Origin: Tubulanus polymorphus
Lineage: Eukaryota > Animalia > Nemertea
Assembly (NCBI RefSeq): GCF_964204645.1
Contig: NC_134035.1
Span: 4,154,001 to 4,218,000 of the forward strand
Direction: 5' to 3'
DNA: 64,000 nucleotides
How positions within the stretch are numbered: the first letter of the stretch is position 1; every line of letters begins with the position of its first letter. A program made the translations under genes and the position numbers. A model generated the notes under the pieces. The model ran no database searches. It was not told where the DNA came from and was given only the letters and a program-made list of their open reading frames with translations. Below are positions 51,875 to 64,000 of this stretch, in pieces.

Positions 51875-54330
51875 AATATGTCAAATTCCATAAATTTTGC
51901 TATAGATTTAAAAAAAGTCGACACATCCCTTTGTTAAGAGTGCTGTAAATTATAGATACATTGTGGTTTTCAATATTCAGCTCTGTTTCTCTTGTTTTAG
52001 ATGTTGGATGAATATTGCATATATACAAATGTGATACGGAAATGGATTTTAAACGCACTGCCGCTGTATCGATGTCGTGTATTTTTTCCTCTTCAGTTGT
52101 GTTTATGGGTGAGTAGTGAATATCCTTCTTTTTCTGACGGTCCTCGGGGCTTGAATTTTCCAAAGGTTGCCCCATGTCATGATCGGTCTGGTCCTCGGCT
52201 GTTCTCGTAAAGTCCAAGATAACACTGGAAACCATTCGTATGAAGCATATAAAAAAACAGTACAAAACACTGGTTCTGACAAAAATATTTTGAAATGTGT
52301 TTCATTTTTATTAAATCTTGTTACAAGTAGTTGTTGTAGTAGTAGTTTTCACAAAATAATGCAGAAAACGCAATCATCGTGTTTCTAATATAAGCGACGA
52401 TTACGTTATTACACATCGAAAAAATTACTTCAGGATCGAGTTACTATTAATGTACTAAGGCGATATTCTAAATTGAAAAAAAAACAACAACAACAAAAAA
52501 CCGATTACGACTTGGTTCTAGTCGATACCGCGATATTTTGAATTATCGAAGATAGCAATAGATCGCGTGTGGTTGATTTTTGTTCGACCACGTGTATACC
52601 GAATGCAGTGTGATCGCATCCGTTTTAATTTGTCGTTCTGTTTCGGGATAGTGAAGCCGAGCTCTCTGTATTATAGCTGCGTTATATAATTGATTGTATC
52701 AGATTTAAAGACAATCGCGTGAAATTGAACCTCACGCGCTTTTGTGAAAATTAGCTGCGGTTTTTGAGAGATGTTATCACGACAAGACATCGAGAGGTTG
52801 AATGACATCCGAGTTAGCGAACGAAACACGGCTTGTATCTGGATCTGGGCGAAGCTTAGATTTTTAGATTTCCCGCGCCAGATTCCTGTGCCGAGCATTT
52901 TTGAGGGGTAGTTCTATTTTCTATTTCAAGACAAAGAGCACTCTTTTTCACCGTGAAAAGGGGCACTTTCCTATTGAAAAAGGACATATCTTAAATATGA
53001 TTATATCGATAACCTAATCTTTAACAACATCTATAATTCTAAGATTTGAATGTTGTTTAATATTTATCTCCAACATTCGTCAGTTACTTATTTTATTGAC
53101 TAATTGATTTATTAAGTAATTGGACAATTTTACGGAATGATTACTTTTCATTTTCCACCAAAAATAATTGTAACCAAATTTCGAAAAATCTTGACCCGAA
53201 TTTTCACACACTGACTTTTTTAAGGGCACTTTTTTAGGGGGTCCGTTCGCTACTCCGAACTCCCACTCCCCTCTGCACTGGCCTGCGCTTTTAAGCTTCG
53301 ATCGCGAGCGACTATTAGTTACGTTTACTGGAATCGCGGTCGATCAGAGAGCATCGTTCAAAATCGCTTCATCAAATACAAACGGTGCGATCACACCTTT
53401 TAGAGCCGGGTTTGAGTAAACATTTTCAGGAACTATTTTCGATCTTCGAATGGCTGACTCGTTACGATCATACGACTTGAAAGCAGGAATCATATTGACC
53501 TAATAAGTTCGCGATGAACGTCAATGAGGATTTTATCGAACTTTTAAGTTTTTAGAGAGAATATAGTTTCGTAAGCGATATTTTGTTGTTGGCTGACAAT
53601 TTAGAAAAAAGGAATCAAAACATCATACACCACCCTTATGAATAGTAAATAGTAAAGACCCTATTGATTGATACGTAACGACTATGAAGCAATGATATAG
53701 TGCTGTAAATGTAGTGCTAAGATAGGACGGTGAAATGAAATGATCTAATTCTATAACAATACGACACAAGGAGGAGGATCGTTGTTTACCGAGTTACGTG
53801 ATACATAAACGATATTGAAATTTGTTGACGAAATAGACTTAAGTCTGAAATGGAAGTTTGGCCAATTTAAGCTCTGGCGATATAATAACAAGTATATACA
53901 CCGCGTATTGGAAAGATTTACATTTAAACTCGTCGATCTTAGTATTCAACTTCCAGCTCCGGGTCGTTAGTTGTTCGGAATGCCTTCATTTGGAATTGAT
54001 CTCGTGAAAATAATCCCGTAAACATAACCTATTCATAATCCATTAGATTATTCGGATATCTGATTTGATATTGAAATCTCTAAAATTTTCACGCAGAAAA
54101 AAATTCAATAAAAACCAATGACAAGGTAATGAACATCCTTCGCCTCCTAAAACGAGCTCGTGAATATACGCGCGTTGATATTCAGGTTCGGACGCACAAC
54201 AGAAAGTCGGTGGTGTTCGAAAATAAACTATTACTAAAACGAAGTATTTTTTTAGTGAAACGAGTGTCGCGCGCGCCGTCGTCATTTACCCGGCGCCAAG
54301 TCTTTCACTGTCTCGTGTGTCGCGCCCGAT

Positions 54331-55311
54331 TCACGACTGGCTTCGTCGCTTCACGTGGAGCCACGTCGACAGCAGCGGACATTTCGATCCCGGGCAAACG
54401 TTTCGTATTTGTCGATCTTGCATTTGAGGTCCGCGTTTCGACGGACAGCGCGGTCCCGGGCAGAACACGTCCGAATCGGAGCCGCCGAAGTTCGGCGCCG
54501 CTTGCCGTTGAAGCTGTTGGTAAAATTGGCCGCCTTCGTCTCCGAATTCCGATTGATCTGAAATGTATAATAATAACGATTCGTTAGTCGATGTACGTGT
54601 AAGATTTATACGCAATTGTAAATTTGCGAACCTGTCCTGTCGGGACATACTCGAGCCCAAAGGCTGTACCGATAAGGGATGCCCTGGAAAAGAGATCATA
54701 GAAGTAGGCATAAAAATGCCTCTCGTTGGTTGTGAAGACGATAGCCCTAGCCGTAGACAAAGAATGTATATAGTTAATAGGAAAGTTAAGCACGACCGGA
54801 TCGCGGATCAAATGAATTTTTCGTTGATTTTTACGGCGCTTAATTCTCAATTCAAGTTTACAGATTTTCATTAAGTAGTCAGACAAATAGAAAACGATTT
54901 AGAATATGCAATGTTTGTAAATTTGCAAACCTGATTTACAAACCCTCGATATGGCATCCCCTATAGCCTAAAGCCTATACCTATGATAAGGGGGTGCCTT
55001 GGATAAGATAAGAATCTTGGATAAGATAAGAATCTACATGGTTAGGAGAGAAAGTCGTAACCAGATCAAATCACTTTATCGTTGAATGTCAATTCAAGTT
55101 TTAGGCATGTTCGTCTATTCATAGAAATACGAATACGAACAATAGTGAATCGTTTATCCATAGATTCGAACGGGATAGATCGGAATTTACGATGGTTTCT
55201 TCGAAAACTTGCTTCTCGATTGCAGGGCCCTCTCCTTACCACGGTAACGCCCTAACCTGAGGTCACCACCAGGAAACAAAATATAATCGATGCTAACTTA
55301 AAAAAATACAT
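54331..55311 (-). CDS. Candidate secreted peptide (neuropeptide- or toxin-like) precursor, 93 aa; exons 55311-55257 and 54557-54331
   Basis: Signal-like MYFFKLASIIFCFLVVTS, phase-1 intron (CAG|GTTAGG ... TTTCAG), then DQSEFGDEGG...VFCPGPRCPS-KR...RQIR-NVCPGSKCPLLSTWLHV-KRR-SQS*. The second exon is better supported than the first. Confidence 0.55.
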
Positions 55312-55865
55312 CCTTTAAGGTTTTTCCTTGGTGAGCAGTTTTCTGCTGCGACTACGTACGTTAGAACCTCGATGAAATAATTAATACGTTTTATTATCAA
55401 TTCTTTGATGTTGTATCGTGTATTTTTTCTTGACGCCAGCTAAAAACTTCAGCATTGCGTATATATTTCACTTCTGGCTATCATGATACATGCCATGTTG
55501 GAAACCGAAACGCGAGACCTGTATCGATGCTGTGAATGTGCGCGCATCACGTTCACGCGTTGTGCCGGATTAAATTCGTTTAATTATCACACCGGCGCGC
55601 ACAACAACAAAACTTATCTGCCGTAATATCGTAATTCCGTCGCGAAGTTTTCGTTCGTGTTTACCGGGCGTGCGGTGCATCGCCATGGAAGTATCGGTAA
55701 ATATGAAAACTTTATTGCGAGCTTGGACGCAAACTCAATACGCTTGAAGACAATGCAGAATTGGAAAAACAAACGTAGCGTGAGAATAAACGTGAATTAG
55801 TTCAGTATTTCTAATGAATCCTCCGGCATTTTTACACCTGGCATTATTACCTATTACCAAATGAG

Positions 55866-56192
55866 TTTTGGATTTGGCTCCTGAAAGTTGAGTCGAAACG
55901 CCTTTGCTCTCTTAGTTTTGGAAATGGCCCATAGAAGTAAGTCTAAACGCCATTGCTCTCTTAAGGTTTGGAAATGGCTCCTGAAATTGATTCTAAGCAT
56001 CACGTCTCTCTTAGCATGGCTCATAGAATTAAGTCGAAACGTCACTAACTTTTTATTTTTGAAAAGGGCTTTTAGAATTGCGTCGAAACGTCTAAATATC
56101 CAGAGTTTTGAACATGGCTCATAGGATTAAGTCGAAACGTCACGACCGTCTTAGCTTTGAAAAAGACTCTGAGAATTGAGCCGAAATGTCAC
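55866..56192 (+). repeat. ~46-bp degenerate tandem repeat (~7 units) resembling decayed hammerhead units
   Basis: Consensus ~tttgaa(c/a)atGGCTC-n8-GAGTC-GAAAC-GTC. Confidence 0.6.
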
Positions 56193-57029
56193 TATTGCAT
56201 GTGATTAGTTGTTCTCAATGTGGACACTGCTCATCTGACTTGTAGTTAAATACGTACATGTATATATTATCTTAATAGAATGATACACTTCAAATATAAA
56301 TCAATTGCTTTAGATGTTTTGTGTATAATATGCAATGCGTTTATCGAGTGCTGTAGAATTACGATTTGTGATCGTATTTCAACTTGAAGTCGAACTATCG
56401 CTGAGTTGGATTTTTCCGTCGAAGACCAAAGCAAACTGAATATGGCCTCGCGGGCGCGTTTCTCTGAAGTTCAAAACGTTGCCAACGAAAACCAAATATT
56501 CTGATTAAGGGAGTATTATATATTTAGTTATAAAATTTCCATGGGTGTCGACCCGGGTAAATGAAAATGTTCGCTTCACTCGCCGCAGGGTGGCTAGAGT
56601 AGATGTCAATATATTGCGCGATTGAACATGAACGCGCGCGATGTTTCAAACAGGCGAAAACACCTTTCCCGAGATGGAAGCACTAGACTCGTGTGAAAAC
56701 AGCTGAAATGTGTTTTTAAGTGTCAAATGGTCGGAATGAATCATCTCCTATATCGATTGAATATTGCGCGCCAGTAATGTAGATATCGCCGCCGGTGCGA
56801 AGTTCAAAAATAATGCGCCCACGCGGTGAAGGTCTTCGAATTTTCTCACATAATTTATAGCCCTAGTTTTAATATAATAGTGATGATAATGATAATATCT
56901 ATTTCATCACTTATCAAAAAGAATAACAAATCTATTTGTTTTTCCCGTTGTTTTTACGCATTACCAGACATTTACATCGATTGATGTTCAATTAAAATCT
57001 TACGAAATTATGACTTTTTATCTTAAAAA

Positions 57030-57392
57030 CCTTGAAATTGTACACTATCAGGCACCTTCATATCTTAGTGAATTAATAACCGCGTACCCTGCGCAACAAA
57101 CCAGACATTCTACAGAAATTAGATTCTTTGAACCATTGATGAGTACAGAGTTTCACGGTATATAAGATCTTTTTGTGTCTTGTGCTCGTCGTCTATATAT
57201 GGGGCATCAGGGCTACGTATCAGCTTTTTTTAGTATGAGATCATCGGTAAAAAATTTCGATTCAGAGAATTCTATCATTACAGATTTCACTAATTGTGTC
57301 AATTTTATATGGTTTTTGTTGTAAAGAGCTTCGAATTGATTTTTAAACTGAAGCGCTTTAAAGAAATGAAATAGTATTATCATCATCATTAC
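57030..57392 (+). mobile_element. L2/CR1 LINE 3' fragment
   Basis: Translates to HYQAPSYLSELI..TRHS..G; followed by a tgtaaagagc...aagcgcttta tail and (ATC/ATT)n. Confidence 0.5.
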
Positions 57393-59956
57393 TTTTTGAC
57401 AAGAGAGCTGAGCAAAATTCGGCAAAAATGATAAATTTCTAGTTAGAAGAGGATAGAGTTTCATGTAAAGAAAATATGAATACATAGGAAAAGAATTTAG
57501 CTTACAAGGTAACCTGGGGACATAACTATTAACTCATATTGTTTTCAGGGATACTAATGCTTTTCAGAAAATAACAATGCCCTGGAAAATCAAATCGATT
57601 TCATAAATGTAGAATTCATTATTTCTAGCATATTCAACCAATTTAGCAAATTCTAACTAGTTCTTTGGGGCGATCGAAATAAATTTGTTTTAGATTGTAT
57701 GATTGTGTAAGAAATGTATAATTGGTGGTATTCAGTAAGGATATATCGATCGTAGTGTTGTTCCCCGAGCGACTCAGAACAGGCGTAGTTGCGTTTCCTT
57801 TTTAAATCCGTATTCATTCAACTTCAAAAAGATGATAAAAAGCTTTTTTATTTCATTCAACGTTTGAGCATAAATCACATAACAGTATCCGCACCCATTG
57901 CGATTCAGTCCAGAAAGTAATTTGACGATATATATATACGATATATATATATATACGATATATATGGCCTATATTGATGACCTTGGAATTGACAGCGTCC
58001 AGATTTAGAAATGATGGATGATCACTGCTGGTGCTATTACTATACGTCGTATCTAGTCTCATGGTCATGTAATTACGAGATAAGGAGAAAGCGGACAATG
58101 TTATTTAGTGGGCGTGATGATTTTGACGACGCCGGAGCCCGCCATGAGACGCGCGCGCGTAAAGCAAGTTGGACAGGATTGAGTGTTTTTTTTTTAATGA
58201 AAAGTTGAGCTCCTCAATCGGCAAAATATTCATTCAAATCGTTCATCGATGACAGCGCATTGCGACAAAGACTTGCACCGTGAGTCAAAACGAACGTCAT
58301 TTCGGTAGCAAATAACGCGAGGGATTTTTTCGAGCGATTTACGAGCGTCGTGTGGAGGCCCCCGGTGGAGTGACGCCAAACGGTCACGCGTTATATTTGC
58401 TAACGTCTATTTGCGCGCATAAAAGTAATTCGACATTATAAGAATGACGACCGTGTCTGTATTAGTAAAGTTAATTAATTACCGCGTTTGCTCAGCGAGA
58501 AACCACGGTATCCCAGCGGAATCCTGAAAATTATGAGTTCATTGTTTCTATTCGCAAACGGCATATCTGTATAGGTTGCTATGTTTAACCGCGGTCCGCG
58601 CGTTGTCGGTAACTGAAATTCCCCGGTGGCCGCTTACGCCGGGGAAAAGTGACCCGAAGGTCTCGAGCGTCTACGCCGTCGTCCATTAGCGGCGAATCCC
58701 AGCGCGACCGGCGAATCAAATTGTCGGGGGGTTGACTGGCGTTCGTCCGATTCTATTTGCCACATCGACCGCGCGCGTTACAGTAAAACAAGCACTCGTG
58801 TCGACATTTCACGCGCGAATTACGCAAATTGATGTCGACCGTAAAAACATTTTCAACGATGTTACCTCCGTCGAGCCGCTCGAGTAGTTAGGGTTACGAC
58901 GTAAGGATGATAATTCGCGGCTAGTCGAGAGGGAGAGGTGGGAAGGCGGAGAAAGGGTTGAGCGAGTCTTCGCATTGTTCAGATTTGAGACTATCCATGC
59001 GAAAAACGGTCGCCCGTCTCACACGTCGATTCAAACCCGAGGCAACAATTCGTTTGAGTGGAAAATAATTTTTCTCGTCGCCAACTCGTGTGTGGGGTGG
59101 AATGCGAATATGATATAAAGCGGGGGAAAACGGAGGTTTATTTCTGTCGTAATTTTCATTTTGAAGTATAGATTCGTGGAGGAGTCGTTCGACCCGCGTC
59201 GAGTCGGTTCGAGAGTAACAAGATTTTGGCGAAAAATCTCACTTCACTCATCGTCTATAGAGCCGCGATCGAGTGCTTTTGGCACCGAACGACCGTTCAC
59301 GTCTGATGGTGCCAAATGAAATGAAACCGTACTTTTTTGACGCGGATAAAATTTGGCCCAACCAATAACGTCGGAGCCAAATTTCAGCACGGGTCAGATT
59401 AGCCCGTTACGTTGGACCAGATTCGAGCCAAATTCTAACGCGGGTCAGATTACCCCGTTCCTCGCTTGCCACGGTATCGTTTTCATAGCATATGAAAAGC
59501 TTAATTACACACATAGGACCTATCACGCGCCGTGATTTAGTGATTCGATTTGGAAACGTTTTTCCAATCAGGTGATCTGATTAATCGAAAAATTGCATTG
59601 CCGCGTTTAAACTAATGTAATATATTCACCCCGTCGTCGGTAAACTAGATACTGATTGTCATAGACAAACGCAGAACTATTGTTTTCTATTTGACGTTTC
59701 ATATCTATTTATTAATTTCCGTTTTGAGGAAATGGATGCGGTTTTTATTATCAGTCAGAAAAAGCTGTACTCGCCCAATTGATTGAAAGTTTTGCCTATT
59801 TGGACCGCGAAATGTGAATTCCATGCTTCCGCGTTCGCGGCATGTTCAAAATGGCAAATGTTACCGTAATTCTTTTCAAAGAATTTTGTTGCACTGTGCT
59901 CAACAGGTTGCGATGATGGTATTTTCTAATGGACAAGCTGCGCATGCCTTGAATGC

Positions 59957-60315
59957 CTTAGACTGGTCTTAAGTTGTTATATTGGTTATGGAACCAAATG
60001 AGGTCTTAAGCTGTTAGATTGGCTATACAGAACCAAAATGAGCTTAGACTGGTTTTAAGTTGTTAGATTATATGGAACCAAATGGGCTTACACTGGTCTT
60101 AGGTTTTTAGATTTTTTATAGAAACAAAATGAGCTTAGACTGCTTTTAAGTCGTTAGATTGGTAACAGAACCAAAATGAGCTTAGACCGGTCTTAAGTGC
60201 TAGGTGAACTTAGACTGGGTTTAAGTTCGTAGATTTGTTGTAAAACCACAATGATCTTAGACTGGTTTTAAGTTTTTAGATTTGCTAAAGAACCAAAAAC
60301 TGGTCCTAAGCCGGA
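59957..60315 (-). repeat. Tandem array (~8 x ~41 bp) of the internal unit of the Harbinger-like MITE family
   Basis: Repeated cttagactggtcttaagttgttagattgg..gaacc, reverse complement of the MITE core at 8450-8520. Confidence 0.7.
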
Positions 60316-63244
60316 ACCAGCGGCTTCCCGCAAGTGTCACAAGGCAGTAGATTAAGCGTGAATTTCGTTTTTGCTATATTTACTGTCCGCGAAAAACTGC
60401 AACCATTTCAGAGGCGCGCACCGAACGATTCCTCGCGGGACGAGTTGTCGTCAGTCTGTTCGGGTCATGAAATAGTAATTCGGTTGGAAGTGACGATACG
60501 GCACAATCGGGTCCCCGGGGGGTGTCTTAAGACGATCGAGTCACTCCAACGCATCGCATCAAGCGAGCGCGCGCGCGATCAACATAACACTTAAAATCTG
60601 TCACGCGTCGTGATATGAACACTCGAATATAACTCACAGCGGAATGCAATCTGAAACGATGGCCGAACTTTCGAGAAAAAAACTTTCATGAAATATGGAT
60701 AAAAATCACGGTCCGCAGGTGCATTCGGCGACCGGTTCCGTCGCGTTTTCGAAGCTCTAGATTCCGAACACGTTCGCTTTCAACGCGTTATTCGGAACGG
60801 TCCTGGTGGGATTAGAGCGACGTTCTGCTGCGCGGCTTTACTCGTATCAACTCTGCTCTTTTTTCGGCAATCGGCTGAAACGTACCCGGAGCACGTGCCT
60901 CGAGTTAACGAGTACTCTCCGTGTTCGAAAGTGTGTGGCAAGCGAGGATTCCGCTTGAATCAGCCAGGTGGCGCTATCGTGCATTGGACACTACATAATT
61001 TATTCATATGCATGTATTTCTACATCCTTTATACAATTAGTATTGTCAGGATGAATAAGGATATCTTATAATGCTGGATTTCCTCTCAGATTCAATTCGG
61101 TAAAATCGATCCATAACTTTTGAAATTCTAGGTCAATAATGAAGCTGATGAATCTGAGTTCATCATAAGACATTATATTCCGATGTTCGCGCCATGCGCG
61201 GAGGCTAAAATGATATTTATGATTTTCTTTTTAGAATTAAGATAAAAATTTCAATCGAAAATCGATATCCATTTCACTCCAACCATAAGAATGGCGTATA
61301 GGGGCAAAATTGATGAATGATAATTATGGAGGATGTAAGTCATCTAGTGGCATAGCTGGTGACATGGGGTATTTATTAATTACGCAAACGATTCTAAGAT
61401 AGGATAGTTCATGAGTAGGAATGTTTATGCACAACACGCTTCAGTCGCCTCGTTGTTTTTTCTCTATCATACGTGGAGGCTTCTCGTGATCTTCGCGTGT
61501 AATTGTTACGGGAGATATAACCGTATACCGGACACTTAATCAAAGGCCGAAAAATCGAGTGAGTTACTGATGGCTAATAAGCAGTTCTTGACCGATAGCC
61601 TTTATAGTATAGTCTCCGATAGCTAGTGGCGTATTGACGCAATCCGCGCCGCTAATGACAGATAGCTGCGTCATCGCGTATACTCAGTTGCCCGGCCAGA
61701 CGACTTCGTGCGCGCGGGACGGGACGCGGTATTAGGGCGGATGATTGGAAATTGATTCCCGTTTTATCCCCATCGCGATTCTCGGCCGATAAAAGCCACA
61801 CGAAATGATTAGTAGCTTTTCTTCGGCGAGTTATGAATAACGTCGTCCGTAAGTTAAAAGGACAGACAGACAGACGGTCGTTCGGTCGGTGATGTTCGGT
61901 CGATTCCGGCTGTACTCGGGAATTCATCTTCCGATCGGCGAATAACAAAGATAATAGTTGAATGATGATAATCGATAATCTAATTAACGATTCAAAAATG
62001 ATGATTTGATGATGATAATCAAATGAAACGTTCACGAGAAAGGTATGCGCGATCGGAAATGTTCGGCCGATTCCGTATGTACTCGGGAATTCCTTGCGTC
62101 AAATTTCTGGGTTGTCTGTTTTATAGGCTAAGTGTTACATCTAAGTATTCTGTCATATTTCACGAATATTGATTCGCGTTCAAAGAAGTAAAGAGCTCGA
62201 AGCGTCGGTATAAATCTATAAACGATACTGTCCACACAAATACCTATTAGATTCGGCGTCTACTCAATCTATGCCACAACCGATCGACGCTTACTGTTTT
62301 TATTGGTCGAAAGTTTCGAAAAGTGATTCGTAATTTCTTTCTTAGTTTTACGAAGTAAACGGGTACTTATAGACCGTCTAACTTCAACAACATAGAATTA
62401 GAACATAGAATTTTAGCTTCCACGTAAACGACACGCGCTTCTGTATATTTTCCGTTTAAAAGTTTCCTATTGACCATAAATATTTTTGATGCTCAAATAG
62501 AAAATCGTCCCTCTTTTCTATTTCATTGATTGATTTATATAGTTTATTGGCTTCGATCGGTTGATTTTGATATCGATTTGAGGTGAACTTTATGTCCCTC
62601 ATAATATTATAAACCCACCACACCTGCCGGGAACGGAATTGAGGATTTTACAAACTAGCTATTTTTACCTTATTCGGATTCTGCTAGCAAGAGTTCCGCG
62701 CAGGCGGAATGGCGCCATCAGCCGTTATTAATTGAATTAGGAGACCATAACCATATAGTGATCAAACAAGGCCATAAAATAAAAGATCATGACCCTAGCG
62801 ATCAAACAAGGCCATGAAATTTCGATATTGTTCTCGGTGAAAACGGGCATAATTTCTGGCGCGCGCGAGTGTAATCCGATCGTGGAGTAATGTTCAATAA
62901 TATTCAATAGAATACGAGCGCATTATCTATAGCGAGTTTTAAACGCGGGCAAACACCGTTAATCGACATCGAGTTGAAACCGAACGCCCTTTAATGCAAT
63001 CGTAAACAATCGGACCTGATTGGATACACTGCTCGAACGGATACACTTGCATCCCGGTCGGCACGTTTATCGTCGCGGTGAATCGAACACCGCGGCGGTG
63101 GCTGTCTATCGTTTTCGGTTGAAATTGTCGACGAATTCCGGATATAAAATGAAAAACAAAAGCAACAATACTAATCTAATCTACAAACTCGATCTCGATG
63201 ATGGCGAGTCCTTCATCGCGAACTCTGCGAACCCGTGGAGTAAA

Positions 63245-63460
63245 ATTAATAATAATAATAATTATCATTATAATTACTATCATAGCAATGATAATTATAA
63301 TAATGATATTACAATGGTATTCTTCGATATTTCTATGGCGTCTGTTTCATTCAAAAAATGTTCGATTAGTGAAAGCAGCATCTGCAGTCCATACGCTTTA
63401 CAGAATAATGATAATAATAACAATAATAATGATAATAATGATAATAGTAATAATAATTCA
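63245..63460. repeat. Two (AAT)n-rich low-complexity blocks
   Basis: Degenerate AAT/GAT runs at 63245-63310 and 63403-63460. Confidence 0.8.
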
Positions 63461-64000
63461 TGATACACAGATCGAATTCTCCACAAACGCCCCTAATACG
63501 CTAATACACGAAGAACTTTATTATTGCAAATATTTTTCCTACTGGTCTTGTTTTCGAATAACATTCGCCTTTCTTCGAACGAAAGATTCTCGATCGATAT
63601 TAAAAATGTCTCTCGTCCCGTTTCTTGGCTATTTTTAGCCCTCGATTCGGAAGCCCGTTTGAACATTTTCTAGGAAACGATTTTCCGCTTTGGAGCTCGT
63701 CTTCTTTTCGATTCTCTTTTTTTGCAATCCAGTCCGATCGAAACTGATCTAATTCGTTCGACGAACGAAATTACTTCTGATTTAACCCGACGACGCGCGA
63801 TATATTGAACTAACCGCGTTTTAGACAGAGTGGGCGATCGCGGCGTTTAAGCCTAACGCGCACGACGCGCCAGGCAAACACGGAAACAAGACACGTGGAC
63901 ATGTTTCCGAGCGTTTCCGAGCGCCGCGTGTGTAGGGCTTTACGAAATCGGCAGTTATTTTGGAGGAAAAAAAAACATTCTTCGCGGTCTCGAACCCTAC

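Noticed and set aside
63020-63638. Asn-rich and Ile-rich ORFs
   Set aside because: Produced by (AAT)n low-complexity sequence

Overview
Eukaryotic (animal) genomic DNA with spliceosomal introns and CpG-rich exons. An invertebrate, possibly spiralian, source is inferred but cannot be fixed from the sequence. Genes reconstructed by hand from splice sites: a 4-exon Shisa-like/WBP1-VOPP1-type single-pass membrane protein gene (6474-10164, mostly absent from the ORF track), a 2-exon archaemetzincin (AMZ2-like), a 10-exon PEX16 with a probable U12 minor intron, and a 4-exon Alx homeobox gene. Between AMZ2 and PEX16 is a 3-copy, ~3.6-kb tandem duplication. Each copy holds the AMZ2 3' end, an intronless FMRFamide-receptor-like GPCR, an in-frame decayed Penelope-like RT fragment and PEX16 exon 1; the two junctions create in-frame PEX16::AMZ2 chimeric ORFs. 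The most novel candidate is a 93-aa secreted peptide precursor on the minus strand (55311-54331) with two CPGxxCP disulfide-loop peptides flanked by basic cleavage sites. Also present: dispersed minimal hammerhead-ribozyme elements, an orphan collagen pseudo-exon, many MITEs, a Helentron-like element, LINE tails and long microsatellites. All coordinates and comparisons were made by eye.
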